64,000 nucleotides of DNA. Source: Microcoleus sp. GTDB taxonomy: Bacteria > Cyanobacteriota > Cyanobacteriia > Cyanobacteriales > Microcoleaceae. The notes below the pieces were generated by a model. That model searched no databases. It was not told the origin of the DNA and was given only the letters and a program-made list of their open reading frames with translations. Positions 20,335-30,971 of the stretch are shown here, in pieces; within the stretch, counting starts at the first letter, position 1, and every line of letters begins with the position of its first letter. The position numbers and the translations under genes are program-made. The DNA is taken from contig JAYFMW010000003.1 of NCBI GenBank assembly GCA_042408215.1, positions 1 to 64,000 of the forward strand, written 5' to 3'.

Positions 20335-23300
20335 ATGAGCGACTTGATGCCAACAAATGTAGAGGCAGAAGAAGCAATTCTGGGCGGGATTTTAATCGAT
20401 CCCGAAGCCATTTCCAGAATTGCTGAACTTTTGCGTCCCGATTTTTTTGCCATCACCGCTCATCAAGTCATTTATCGCTCGGCTTTAGACTTGTTTTTTC
20501 AAGGTCAGCCTACCGATTTAATGACAGTTACTACTCGGCTGGCCGATCGCAATCAGTTAGAACAAGTAGGAGGCCAAACTAAACTAGCACAATTAGTCGA
20601 TCGCACAGTTTCTGCTGTCAACATCGATCAATATGCAGTCTTAGTAGAAGACAAATACCAGCGACGGAAATTAATCGAAGCAGGTAACAACATAGTACAA
20701 TTAGGTTACGAGACAGCGACACCGTTAGAAACAGTTTTAGACCGCGCCGAACAACAAATTTTCAGCATAACTCAAGAACGTCCTCAACAAGACTTAGTGT
20801 CGATCGGCGAAACCCTAAACCAGACATTTCAAGACCTCGAAAATCGCAATGAAGGCCTAACACTCCCCGGTATTCCCTGCGGTTTTTATGACTTAGATGC
20901 AATGACAGGAGGCTTTCAGCGATCGGATTTAATCATCGTTGCGGCTAGGCCGGCGATGGGGAAGTGCTGTACAGATGAGTCCGTTATACTACAAAGCGAT
21001 GGCAGCCTTGTTACCATTGAAGAAATCTATCAAAAACGTCAAGCTGAATTACTAACATTAGGAGAAGATTGGCAATTTCACCTAACTAGACCATCAGATT
21101 TTATAGATGATGGAATCAAGCCTGTATTTCGGGTAACAACAAGACTGGGACGTTTTATAGAAACTACAATTACACACCCATTTTTAACAATTAAGGGATG
21201 GCGGCAGTTGGCCCAAATACAAGCAGGCGATAAAATTGCTGTCCCCCGCAGGATGAATGTTTTTGGTAAAGAAACCATCCGCGACTGTGAAGTCAAGTTA
21301 TTGGCTTATCTAATTGGCGATGGGTGTTTGACACGCAGCGCGCCGAAGTTCACCAATGGAAATACTTCTATACTACAAGATTTTGCTGAAGCTGCTACTA
21401 GCTTCGGAGGTCTTAAGCTGCGCTTCAGCGAGCAAGGAAAACGCACGTCAGAATATTATGTCATGGGCGAGCGAGAAAGTTACATGGATGCTATTAATAC
21501 AAAACATAAAAACCCGCTGAGAGTCTGGTTAGAAGAATTAGGTCTGATGGGAAAAAATGCTCACCAGAAAACAGTACCAGAAATAGTTTTTAAATTGGAG
21601 CGATCGCAAGTTGCCCTTTTCCTCAACCGCCTCTTTGCAACTGACGGCTGGGCAACCCTACTTACCAGCGGTCAATCTCAACTAGGCTACTGTTCCGTCA
21701 GCGAACAACTAGCCAGACAAGTACAGCATCTACTGCTGAGATTTGGCATCATTGCCGCCCTCAAAAAGCGTTCTGTCAAATACAAAAATACTCGCAGACC
21801 AGCTTGGTATATCGATATTACTGACGCAAAATCTATCAAAACATTCATATCAGAAATTGGCATTTTTGGTAAAGAGGTAGCATTATTCAAAGTAAAAGAA
21901 GCATTAGAAAATAAAGAATATCAAACTAACCGCGATTTAATTCCTGTCGAGGCTTGGGAATACCTAGCAGTAGTAAAAGGCAACGAATCTTGGGCATCGT
22001 TAGCAAAACGCGCAGGCATCAAAGGTAATTCAAATATTCATGTTGGTAAACGTGCGCTGTCCAGAGAAAGATTTTTAGTTTTAGCAACTGCTTTAGATAA
22101 TTTGTGGCTGAAACAACTGGCAGATAGCGAGGTTTACTGGGATGAAATAGTTTCCATCGAACCAATGGGAAACAAGCAAGTCTACGACCTAACTATCCCG
22201 AAGACGCACAATTTTGTGGCTAACGATATCTGCGTTCACAATACTGCATTCTGTACCAACATCGCCCACCACATCGCCGCCGGGCCGCAAAAATTGCCCG
22301 TGGCCATTTTTAGCCTAGAAATGTCAAAAGAACAGCTAGTGCAGCGGATTTTGTCCGGCGAAGCTAGAATAGAAAGCAATAGATTGCGATCGGGTAGAAT
22401 TAGTCAAAACGAATGGACACCCATCAGTGAAGCCATTGGCCGCCTCTCAGAATTGCCACTATTTATTGATGACACTCCCAATATTACCGTTACAGAAATT
22501 CGATCGAAAGCCCGCCGCCTCCAAGCAGAACAAGGCGGAACCCTAGGATTAATCCTGCTAGATTACCTGCAACTAATGGAAGGTAGCAGCGATAATCGCG
22601 TCCAAGAACTATCTCGAATTACCAGAAGCCTCAAAGGTTTAGCCCGCGAACTCAGCGTACCAATTATTGCCTTATCTCAGTTGAGTCGGGGTGTAGAGGC
22701 GAGGACAAATAAGCGGCCGATGATGTCGGATTTACGCGAAAGTGGTTGCTTAACAGGTGATAGTTTGGTAATCCTAGCAGACAGTGGATTAGAAGTCCCG
22801 ATTCGTGATTTAGTAGGGAAATCTGGCTTCACAGTTTGGGCGCTCAATGAAGCCACCATGAAGTTAGAAAAAGCCGTTGTTAGCAATGCCTTTGCTACAG
22901 GTGTGAAGCCTGTACTGCGACTGCAAACTCGTTTAGGAAGGGCAATTAGAGCAACTGGTAATCATAAGTTCTTAACCATTCACGGCTGGCGGCGAATGGA
23001 CGAGTTAAAAATAGGCGATCGCATTGCCATACCTAGATATGTATCGAGTTCCTTCATCCAATCCATGAATAATGCCGAAATAGCCTTACTAGGACACATG
23101 ATTGGAGACGGATGTACTCTACCTCGCCACGTTATTCAATACACTACTAGAGAGGAAGATTTAGCCAATACTGTTGCAAATCTTGCAATAGAAGTCTTTG
23201 GAGAGCGAATCATACCTCGTATTTGTAAAGAACGTGATTGGTATCAAGTTTATCTTCCTGCGGCCTATCATCTCACACATAATGTGAGGAATCCTGTAAC

Positions 23301-24222
23301 TAAATGGCTAGATACTTTAGGTGTTTTTGGTCTGCGTTCTCACCAGAAGTTTGTCCCTAGTCTAATATTTGAACAGCCTCAAGAAGCAATAGCTATATTT
23401 TTACGCCATCTTTGGAGTACCGATGGTTGCATAAAAACAGGTAGGGGTAAATGTAATTACCCTAGTGTTTACTATGCTTCCAGTAGTCAAAAATTGGCAA
23501 GAGATGTTCAGTCACTCTTACTCCGACTTGGTATCAATTCCCGCTTATTTTTAAGCCCACAACCAGGAAAAGGGCGAGATCAACATCAAGTTTGGGTAAC
23601 AGGAAGACCTGATTTAGATAATTTTATTCACTTGATTGGTACAGTAGGTAACTACAAACAGCAATCTCTGACAGAAGTTGCAGAATACCTTGAAATTCGT
23701 TCTAGCAATACTAATAGAGATGTTATACCGCGTGATGTGTGGAAAATGTATGCTATTCCTGCCATGCAGCAATGTGGTTTAACTACACGCCAGATGCAAG
23801 CACAGCTTGGCAACTTATATTGCGGTACAACCCTTTACAAACACAATCTCGGTCGGGAACGAGCATTCAGATTAGCTACAATTGTTAAATCTGATGAACT
23901 GGCCCTCTTATCTAAGAGCGATATTTACTGGGATGAAATCGCCTCAATAGAAGTTGATGGCGAAGCTGAAGTTTACGATTTAACAGTGCCTGCACTGCAT
24001 AATTTTGTCGCTAATGACATCGTAGTTCACAACTCGATTGAGCAAGACGCCGACTTAGTAATTATGCTGTACCGCGACGAATATTATAATCCAGATACGC
24101 CCGATCGCGGCATTGCAGAAATCATTATTACCAAACACAGAAACGGCCCTACTGGTGTCACTAAATTATTATTCGATGCACAGGTAACAAAATTTTTAAA
24201 TCTGCAAGCTAGACGTAGTTAA
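20335..24222 (+). CDS. dnaB: Replicative DNA helicase DnaB precursor with two inteins (mature about 440 aa)
   Basis: EAEEAILGG, AARPAMGK|TAF, FSLEMS, DYLQLM, LSQLSR, DLRESG|SIEQDAD, KHRNGPTG. Confidence 0.97.
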   Translation: MSDLMPTNVEAEEAILGGILIDPEAISRIAELLRPDFFAITAHQVIYRSALDLFFQGQPTDLMTVTTRLADRNQLEQVGGQTKLAQLVDRTVSAVNIDQYAVLVEDKYQRRKLIEAGNNIVQLGYETATPLETVLDRAEQQIFSITQERPQQDLVSIGETLNQTFQDLENRNEGLTLPGIPCGFYDLDAMTGGFQRSDLIIVAARPAMGKCCTDESVILQSDGSLVTIEEIYQKRQAELLTLGEDWQFHLTRPSDFIDDGIKPVFRVTTRLGRFIETTITHPFLTIKGWRQLAQIQAGDKIAVPRRMNVFGKETIRDCEVKLLAYLIGDGCLTRSAPKFTNGNTSILQDFAEAATSFGGLKLRFSEQGKRTSEYYVMGERESYMDAINTKHKNPLRVWLEELGLMGKNAHQKTVPEIVFKLERSQVALFLNRLFATDGWATLLTSGQSQLGYCSVSEQLARQVQHLLLRFGIIAALKKRSVKYKNTRRPAWYIDITDAKSIKTFISEIGIFGKEVALFKVKEALENKEYQTNRDLIPVEAWEYLAVVKGNESWASLAKRAGIKGNSNIHVGKRALSRERFLVLATALDNLWLKQLADSEVYWDEIVSIEPMGNKQVYDLTIPKTHNFVANDICVHNTAFCTNIAHHIAAGPQKLPVAIFSLEMSKEQLVQRILSGEARIESNRLRSGRISQNEWTPISEAIGRLSELPLFIDDTPNITVTEIRSKARRLQAEQGGTLGLILLDYLQLMEGSSDNRVQELSRITRSLKGLARELSVPIIALSQLSRGVEARTNKRPMMSDLRESGCLTGDSLVILADSGLEVPIRDLVGKSGFTVWALNEATMKLEKAVVSNAFATGVKPVLRLQTRLGRAIRATGNHKFLTIHGWRRMDELKIGDRIAIPRYVSSSFIQSMNNAEIALLGHMIGDGCTLPRHVIQYTTREEDLANTVANLAIEVFGERIIPRICKERDWYQVYLPAAYHLTHNVRNPVTKWLDTLGVFGLRSHQKFVPSLIFEQPQEAIAIFLRHLWSTDGCIKTGRGKCNYPSVYYASSSQKLARDVQSLLLRLGINSRLFLSPQPGKGRDQHQVWVTGRPDLDNFIHLIGTVGNYKQQSLTEVAEYLEIRSSNTNRDVIPRDVWKMYAIPAMQQCGLTTRQMQAQLGNLYCGTTLYKHNLGRERAFRLATIVKSDELALLSKSDIYWDEIASIEVDGEAEVYDLTVPALHNFVANDIVVHNSIEQDADLVIMLYRDEYYNPDTPDRGIAEIIITKHRNGPTGVTKLLFDAQVTKFLNLQARRS
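20965..22242 (+). mobile_element. Intein 1 (426 aa) with LAGLIDADG endonuclease in the Walker A P-loop
   Basis: Begins with Cys after GK, ends VHN before Thr; TITHPF block B; LLAYLIGDG and FLNRLFATDG. Confidence 0.93.
22747..24033 (+). mobile_element. Intein 2 (429 aa) with LAGLIDADG endonuclease at the RESG/SIEQ site
   Basis: CLTGDS...TGNHKF...DIVVHN/S; LLGHMIGDG and FLRHLWSTDG; same site as the Ssp DnaB intein. Confidence 0.95.
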
Positions 24223-24275
24223 GAAAAAAATACAGCAGATTCCCGGTTTATGAAGTACACCCCCGATCGCTCCCC

Positions 24276-24514
24276 GTAGGGACACGGCAATGCCGTGTCC
24301 ATTGGTGTCAACTTAAGCTCAAACCATTGAGAAATTTGGGTTTTACGCCAAGTCTATATCCCCCCTAGCCCCCCTTAAGAAGGGGGGGACAAGATTCTTC
24401 TCAAAGTCCCCCTTCTTAAGGGGGATTTAGGGGGATCTAGACTCAACTAAAAGCGACATTTATTATGGTTTCAGTCTTAAGTTGACACCAATGGGCGAAA
24501 GCCTTTGTCCCTAC
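24276..24514. mobile_element. ~196-bp MITE (TIR CCATTGGTGTCAACTTAAG) nested in a GTAGGGACA REP-like palindrome
   Basis: TIRs at 24299-24317 and 24476-24494; internal CCCCCTTAAGAAGGGGG hairpin; related copies at 35852 and 40808. Confidence 0.75.
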
Positions 24515-24517
24515 TGC

Positions 24518-25105
24518 TTAGCCAGCGATTTTCAACAATTCCACATCAAAAATCAGCGTAGCATTCGGAGGAATCACCCCGCCAGCACCGCGAGCCCCGT
24601 AACCAAGTTCAGGAGGAATAATCAACTGGCGGCGGTCTCCAACCTTCATTGTACCGACACCTTCATCCCAGCCCTTAATCACTTGGCCAACACCAATTTT
24701 GAACTGGAAAGGAGAATTGCGATCGCGCGAACTATCAAACTTCGTGCCATCCTCCAAAGTGCCAGTATAGTGAACCACAACCGTCTGACCAGTTTTGGGA
24801 GTCGCCCCGTCACCCTCTTTTAATTCAACATATTTCAGACCCGAAGCTGTGGTGACAATATTCTCAGTATTTTCAGTCATCTTATTCCCATCGATAGTAG
24901 GTGATACATTCGGTAAAGTAGCCTTAGCTACTAGCAAGCCGTCTTCATGTAAAGACTGCGTTGACAACATTTCAACAGCACTTTCGGGTAAAGGATTATT
25001 CAAGTCGGCAGCAATTGCTTTTTTCCCAAAGCCACTCACTTGAGAGACTATCAAAAACACAAAGCAAACCAGCATTACCCCCAAGCTGATCAGAATTCCT
25101 CGCAA
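24518..25105 (-). CDS. FKBP-type peptidyl-prolyl cis-trans isomerase with N-terminal signal/TM segment
   Basis: [50 protein letters not shown]. Confidence 0.96.
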   Translation of the reverse strand: MRGILISLGVMLVCFVFLIVSQVSGFGKKAIAADLNNPLPESAVEMLSTQSLHEDGLLVAKATLPNVSPTIDGNKMTENTENIVTTASGLKYVELKEGDGATPKTGQTVVVHYTGTLEDGTKFDSSRDRNSPFQFKIGVGQVIKGWDEGVGTMKVGDRRQLIIPPELGYGARGAGGVIPPNATLIFDVELLKIAG

Positions 25106-25341
25106 AATTAATCCTCCTTACATTCAAGAGTTATTCTTGAAACAAACTCAAAACTAAAATTTTTTTAGGCAGCCCAAAAATGGCGTAGGCCCGATCTTTC
25201 TTCAGGCAGAAGTATAAATTCAGAAGACAGAATCTTTTTGGTTCTAACTTCTAAGTTACACCTTCTGTCTGCTTGAGCCTTCTACCTTCGGTTGACGATC
25301 GTACCACAAGATCGCAACCAACCACCGCACCCGATCTTTCC

Positions 25342-25668
25342 TCAGCGCCAGTTGCGATTTTCTAAATCCCGCATCTGACGTTCCAGTCGATCGAGCCTAC
25401 CACGCAACTCATCCATTTCCGACTGCCGGGGCACTCCCATATCTTGGAGTATATTCCGCATTTGCCGCTGCAACTGCGTCTCCCAATTTCCCTGCTCCGA
25501 CTTGAGATGTTCGGTCATGTCATCCACAAAGGTTTTGGCTTGATCGGGATTGATTTTGCCATCTTTGACCCATTGCTCGCTGACTTCCTGCAATTTCTCG
25601 GCCACCAGGGAGGTAGTACCAATGCCCAACATCACCAGTTGTTTGAGTAAGTTGTTATTGTTATCCAT
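25342..25668 (-). CDS. Phasin-like / PHA granule-associated family protein
   Basis: LGIG, WVKDGKINPDQAK, EMDELRGRLDRLE pattern. Confidence 0.7.
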   Translation of the reverse strand: MDNNNNLLKQLVMLGIGTTSLVAEKLQEVSEQWVKDGKINPDQAKTFVDDMTEHLKSEQGNWETQLQRQMRNILQDMGVPRQSEMDELRGRLDRLERQMRDLENRNWR

Positions 25669-25884
25669 AGATTTTTCCTGCTGTTTGCCCCAAAAGACCC
25701 GATCGACTCAAGTCGCCCGCCAAAGCTGCGAAACCATCAGTAAACTTAAAGTTACATCAGCGCTGACCTACCTTTCTATTTTGGAGCATCCAGCGACCTG
25801 CTGGCGAGTCTCATCAGCCCGTCAGCGTTCGGAAAACCCGCTAATCTACCTACCTGCAACCTTACCCCACCACCAGCAACGTCA

Positions 25885-26241
25885 ATGCCTGAGTGCCCTC
25901 GCTGTCACCAACCTGTGGACGTCCGAGCGATCGCCTGTCCGCACTGCAAAACCCCTCTCAAAGCTTTCGGACATCCGGGTATCCCCCTTTATCGATCGAA
26001 ACCCCAAGAATTTTTATGCACTACCTGTATTTACCACGAAGACGACACCTGCAACTATCCGCAGCGTCCCAGAGCCAAAGAATGCACCCTTTATCACGAC
26101 AAAGCCGAGCCAATTGTACCTCCAACTACCCGTTACATCAGTGGTGGCTGGCCGCAATTAGTGAAAAATTGGTGTCAGCGGAATCTAGTTTGGTTAGCTT
26201 TGTTAGGTTTAATTATGATTAGCATTGCCCTGTCCATTTAA
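25885..26241 (+). CDS. Zinc-ribbon protein with C-terminal TM helix
   Basis: CPRC, CPHC, CTTC and further Cys; hydrophobic C-terminus. Confidence 0.75.
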   Translation: MPECPRCHQPVDVRAIACPHCKTPLKAFGHPGIPLYRSKPQEFLCTTCIYHEDDTCNYPQRPRAKECTLYHDKAEPIVPPTTRYISGGWPQLVKNWCQRNLVWLALLGLIMISIALSI

Positions 26242-26309
26242 GCAAATTGCACAAAGTATACCATAGAAACATCTGCGTTTATCTGCGTTCATCTGCGGTT
26301 AAAAATAAA

Positions 26310-26537
26310 ATGACTTATACAACCATCGAAGATTTACCAAAACCCTTTCCAGATCGCACCCAATTACCAGAGTCAGATGGAACCTTTGTGAAAAACTTTC
26401 AAGAACATCCTCAGAGCATAATTTTAACAGAATCGATCGGGCCAATTTTACAACAGCGGCATCCTGACGGATTGTATGCGATCGGCTGGGCGAAATTATG
26501 GATACAGAAAAAGTCAGCGGGCGACTGGTGCGGTTAG
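26310..26537 (+). pseudogene. Truncated Uma2 family (DUF820) endonuclease
   Basis: PDRTQLPESDGTFVKNFQEHPQSIILT...HPDG.YAIG is a typical cyanobacterial Uma2 N-terminus; similarity stops at about 26486. Confidence 0.75.
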
Positions 26538-26860
26538 TGCGATCGCCCGTGGCGGCCAAAGCGGTCAAGCTTTTGTTCAAGGAACTTGTCCGCGAGCTTG
26601 TTCATTCCAAAATATCAAATCTAAAATCCAAGTTTCGCCGCACTGGTGAGGCTTTAATTGAGACCTAGAATTGCTACAGAGAATGTTACAATCCTCGGTT
26701 AGCCTCCCATTGCTGCGTCAACAGCTTTGGGCGGTGTCAATAGATTTTTGGGCTCCGCCGATTGCTTCATCTAAGCAAAGCAACCCATAGCACAGAGCAT
26801 AGCCGCATTGTGGCACGACCGTCAAGGTGTTAGTTTGCAAAATAAATTAAGAATTTTCCC

Positions 26861-27826
26861 ATGAGTTATGTATTCGGTATAGACGGTGGCGGCACTAAGA
26901 CTATTTGTCTGTTGATGGACGAAAATAAGCAAGTTTTGGGACGCGGGGAAGCTGGGCCATCCAATTATCAAACACTGGGAATTGATCTAACAAAACAGTC
27001 GATTCAATTAGCGATCGAACAAGCAATTTTATCCGCTCAAATCCAAGTCAATAGCAATCTCAACATAGAAGCAATTTGTCTGGGATTAGCAGGCGTCGCG
27101 CGTCCAAAAGATCTTGAAATCGTGCAATTTTTAGTACAGAACTTGCAGTTAACTCATGATTTGCCCATCAGCCAGTTATGGCAGCCTAAGAATATCGTAG
27201 TTTGCAGCGACTGCGCGATCGCACTTGTTGGCGGCATCGGCCATCCAGTCGGCATTGCGGTGATTTCAGGTACCGGCTCGATTGTTTTCGGGCAAAACCG
27301 TCACGGAAAAACTAAACGAGTCGGCGGTTGGGGATATATTTTAGGCGATGAAGGCAGCGCCTACAACATCGCAATTCAGGGTTTGCAAGCTGCTTTGAGG
27401 TTCTACGATGGACGGGAAGATTATACCACACTTGCAGAAAACTTTCAAATACATTTAGGCCTAAAAAACCTTGAAGAATTGGTAGAAGTCGTTTATCGGC
27501 GCGGTTGGGGTGTGAAAGAAATTGCAGGTTTAGCGCCAATTGTCGATCGCACAGCAGCAGAGGGCGATCGTGTCGCTGACGGTATTATTAATCGTGCTGT
27601 GGCAGAATTAACCTTAGCCACAAAAACAGCTATTTCAGGGCTATTTAACCAAACAGAAGACTTTGAAATTGTGATGATAGGAGGTGTGTGGGGTGGCGAG
27701 GCAAATTGCCGGGGTCGGTTTGAAGCAGCCATAAGTGCGATCGCGCCTTCAGCCAAAGTAATTTTACCCCGACATGAACCAGCCTTCGGTGCTGGCTTGT
27801 TAGCTTTAAACACTCTTAACAGTTGA
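26861..27826 (+). CDS. N-acetylglucosamine kinase, BadF/BadG/BcrA/BcrD ATPase family
   Basis: GIDGGGTKT, CLGLAG, ISGTGS, GGWGYILGDEGSA. Confidence 0.9.
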   Translation: MSYVFGIDGGGTKTICLLMDENKQVLGRGEAGPSNYQTLGIDLTKQSIQLAIEQAILSAQIQVNSNLNIEAICLGLAGVARPKDLEIVQFLVQNLQLTHDLPISQLWQPKNIVVCSDCAIALVGGIGHPVGIAVISGTGSIVFGQNRHGKTKRVGGWGYILGDEGSAYNIAIQGLQAALRFYDGREDYTTLAENFQIHLGLKNLEELVEVVYRRGWGVKEIAGLAPIVDRTAAEGDRVADGIINRAVAELTLATKTAISGLFNQTEDFEIVMIGGVWGGEANCRGRFEAAISAIAPSAKVILPRHEPAFGAGLLALNTLNS

Positions 27827-28045
27827 CTGATGACGGTTGACTGATGACGGTTGACAGTTGACGGTTGACTGATGACTGATGACTGATGACTGTTGACTAA
27901 TGACTAAGGACTAATGACTAATGACTAATGACTAATGACTGTTGACTAATGACTGTTGACTAATGACTAATGACTGTTGACTAATGACTAATGACTGATG
28001 ACTAATGACTAATGACTAATGACTAATGACTAATGACTAATGACT
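27821..28045. repeat. STRR tract (TGACTAA/TGACTGT)n
   Basis: Direct reading. Confidence 0.9.
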
Positions 28046-28255
28046 CTATCTTCCTTATCTTCCAGATCATCTTAGTCTTGCTGATTTTCGAGATTTTCCC
28101 AAATTTTAAAATATTTTATTATCTTCCTTATCTTCCCAACTTGGATAATTCCAGTCTGTCAAACTGAAAATATAAAAATGAATGCGGAACCAACAACAAA
28201 TTTAGCAGTTGTGCGTTCCTAAGTAAAATAAAACCGAACCCAGGAGACAATTTAT

Positions 28256-28909
28256 ATGATTACTTCTCAAAAAATGCGTTCAACAACAGCAGCAATCCTC
28301 GCCCTAGTAATTACAGTTGGAACCAGTGCGCCGCTGGTGGTAGCTACTCCCGCTGAAGCTCAACAATTGTCGCAAGTTGATAGTATCCGAATTCCATCGG
28401 GCAGTGTCATTCCAGTTAGCTATGAAAAAGATAAAATTGTCGTTACCCGCGATGAAACAGCACCTTTAACTTTAACAGTAGCACGAGACATCCGCACCGC
28501 TCAAGGCCGAGTATTAATCCCCGCAGGTAGCCAAATTGTCGGTCAACTGCAACCCGTTAGAAGCGGCAATCAAAGGGGTACTCAATTTGTTGCTAGAGAG
28601 CTCATTCTCAGCAGTCGCCAACGCTATCGGATTGACGGCAATTCTGGCATTATTACCAGAACCGAAAAAGTTCAAAAAGGTGCTAGTGGAGGTTCAGTCG
28701 CGCAAGGTGCAGCATTAGGTGCGGCATCAGCAGCAGCGCTGGCTGGGATTACCGGCGACAAAGCGATCGCCACTGAAGAAGTATTGGGCGGGGCTGGTAT
28801 CGGTGCTTTAGCAGGAGTATTATTCGGGCGGCGCAGTGTGGATGTGATTGTGATTCGCCCGGAAGCAGATTTAGCAATCAGATTGCGATCGGATCTCCTA
28901 TTGCGCTAA
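28256..28909 (+). CDS. Secreted hypothetical protein with glycine-zipper segment
   Basis: Signal peptide ending AEA; IPAGSQIVGQL; GAALGAASAAALAGITG. Confidence 0.75.
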   Translation: MITSQKMRSTTAAILALVITVGTSAPLVVATPAEAQQLSQVDSIRIPSGSVIPVSYEKDKIVVTRDETAPLTLTVARDIRTAQGRVLIPAGSQIVGQLQPVRSGNQRGTQFVARELILSSRQRYRIDGNSGIITRTEKVQKGASGGSVAQGAALGAASAAALAGITGDKAIATEEVLGGAGIGALAGVLFGRRSVDVIVIRPEADLAIRLRSDLLLR

Positions 28910-28946
28910 CATTGAAATCTTCCCGTCAGTTTTTTTTAGCAAAACA

Positions 28947-29405
28947 TTGTCGATCGTAAACTTGTTATCTCCCGATCATTGGCTAGGCATACTATTGAGG
29001 TTATGTCTAGCTTTGTTAGTTGGTGGAATTATTGGGTGGGAACGCCAACTCAGACGCAAACCAGCGGGTTTTAGAACTCATATGCTCGTAAGTATGGGTT
29101 CTGCACTATTTGTTTTAATACCGCTGGCACTTGGTAAAAATGAAAACGGACGAGATGCGATAGAGCGTGTAATTCAAGGTATTGCCGCCGGCATTGGTTT
29201 TTTGGGAGCCGGAGAAATCCTGCGGCAATCTAAACAGGAAAGAGGCGAAGTTGAAGTTCACGGGCTGACATCTGCTGCCGCTATTTGGGTGTCAGCAGCT
29301 TTGGGGAGTGCGGCTGGGTGTGGCTTGTGGCAACTTGCTTTAATTGGTGCTTTACTATCGCTGTTTGTGCTGAAAGTAGTTAAAGAATTTGAGCGCCGGA
29401 AATAG
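28947..29405 (+). CDS. MgtC/SapB family protein
   Basis: IGWERQ, AGFRTHMLV, GIGFLGAG, GLTSAAAIW. Confidence 0.92.
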   Translation: MSIVNLLSPDHWLGILLRLCLALLVGGIIGWERQLRRKPAGFRTHMLVSMGSALFVLIPLALGKNENGRDAIERVIQGIAAGIGFLGAGEILRQSKQERGEVEVHGLTSAAAIWVSAALGSAAGCGLWQLALIGALLSLFVLKVVKEFERRK

Positions 29406-29509
29406 TCATTTCAGGATTTACGCACTCCGACAAAGAAACCGGGTTTTTGACCAAATCTGCTGACTACAGCCAAGTATTTCATAAAAAACCCAGTTTCTGG
29501 GAATCACCC

Positions 29510-29809
29510 CTATTTCTTATTAAAAAAACTGCATATAAATTGACCTGGATCTTTTTCTCCAAACGGCACAACCTTACCATCTTTTTTGACTGCGATCCGA
29601 CTGCGACAATTATAAAGTTCCAGAGGCTTTTTGACTCCATCAATACTCACAATTGCCCTGTATTCCCAATAATTTTTCGCGCTGCGTTTGAGATCGAGAA
29701 TGCAAATCTCGCCTTCTCCATAATTTCGGCATACAGATGCCTCAGCAGTCGGCGCGATCGAGAAACAGGATATTAATAGTAGCAAGAAAACAAAATATTT
29801 ATAATGCAC
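29510..29809 (-). CDS. Small secreted hypothetical protein
   Basis: Signal peptide (AEA); four Cys in the mature part; LKRSAKNYWEYRA. Confidence 0.7.
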   Translation of the reverse strand: MHYKYFVFLLLLISCFSIAPTAEASVCRNYGEGEICILDLKRSAKNYWEYRAIVSIDGVKKPLELYNCRSRIAVKKDGKVVPFGEKDPGQFICSFFNKK

Positions 29810-30038
29810 TTTCTCTCCCTGTGAAAACCTGTCCGGCTCCGGTTAAATGAAGAGGTTGCTTGGTGCGATCGCACAATTGCACCTCAATCCGATCATTTTA
29901 TAAATATAGCTTGCTACTTAATCAAATATTCGACATAATACTAAGACCTTAGCTAATCTGGATAGTAAGACGTGATTAATCTCACTTCAGCCAGCTTAGA
30001 CAAACATGGCTGCGGTTGGGACAGGAAGTTATTGGTTT

Positions 30039-30971
30039 ATGAATCAAATTAAGCGTGTTGCGATCGTTGGCGGAACCCACGGAAACGAACTCACAGGAAT
30101 TTACCTGGTCAAAAAATTCGAGCGCGAACCTAATTTAATTGCGCGCTCGACTTTTGAAACAATCGCGCTGCTGGCTAATCCCAAAGCTTGTGAAATCGGG
30201 AAACGCTACATCGATATCGACCTCAATCGCTGCTTTCTACGGCAGGATTTAGAAAATCCCAATCTCTCTAGTTACGAAGCGCAGCGAGCCAAAGAAATCT
30301 ACCACATTTTTAGCTCTAAAAACACTGAGTATTCAGATTTAATTATAGATTTGCACAGCACCACAGCCCATATGGGGCTAACATTTATTCTCGATAGTCG
30401 GCATCCATTTAATCTGCGATTAGCCGCTCATTTAACATCTTTTTATCCCAACCTCAAGGTACTTGCTTCTGGAACACAAAATGAAGATAGCTCTGTGTTG
30501 CGATCGATTTCCAAATTAGGCTGTACACTCGAAGTTGGCGCAGTTGCTCAAGGGGTATTGGATGGCACTTTATTCCAGCAAACTGAGGAACTTGTCGGCA
30601 CAATTTTAGACTGCATAGAAGCAGATAACCAGGGAACAATCCCTCCTGTAAAAAATCCCCTCACAATTTATCAAAAAATCCAGAGCATCGACTATCCCAG
30701 AAATGAGTCTGGAGAACTTCAGGCAATGATTCATCCTCGGCTGCAATTCAGAGATTATGAACCGCTGAATCCTGGCGATCCGATGTTTTTGACCTTTGAC
30801 GGCGAGTCGGTTTTATATGAAGGTAAATCGACGGTATATCCAGTTTTTATTAACGAGGCTGCTTACTACGAAAAAGGGATTGCTATGTATTTAACTCAAC
30901 TGCAAAAGTGCATCATTCCGCCATCATCTAAATTTATTGATGGCGATTGGAAGACAAAAACTTCTCTTTAG
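30039..30971 (+). CDS. Aspartoacylase
   Basis: GGTHGNELTG, DLNRCF, IDLHSTTA, PVFINEAAYYEK; start may be 30006. Confidence 0.92.
   Translation: MNQIKRVAIVGGTHGNELTGIYLVKKFEREPNLIARSTFETIALLANPKACEIGKRYIDIDLNRCFLRQDLENPNLSSYEAQRAKEIYHIFSSKNTEYSDLIIDLHSTTAHMGLTFILDSRHPFNLRLAAHLTSFYPNLKVLASGTQNEDSSVLRSISKLGCTLEVGAVAQGVLDGTLFQQTEELVGTILDCIEADNQGTIPPVKNPLTIYQKIQSIDYPRNESGELQAMIHPRLQFRDYEPLNPGDPMFLTFDGESVLYEGKSTVYPVFINEAAYYEKGIAMYLTQLQKCIIPPSSKFIDGDWKTKTSL

Noticed and set aside
25550..26161. 203-aa ORF, and similar long overlapping ORFs (e.g. 59092..59874, 62007..62594)
   Set aside because: They overlap well-supported genes in other frames or on the opposite strand and have no recognisable motifs.
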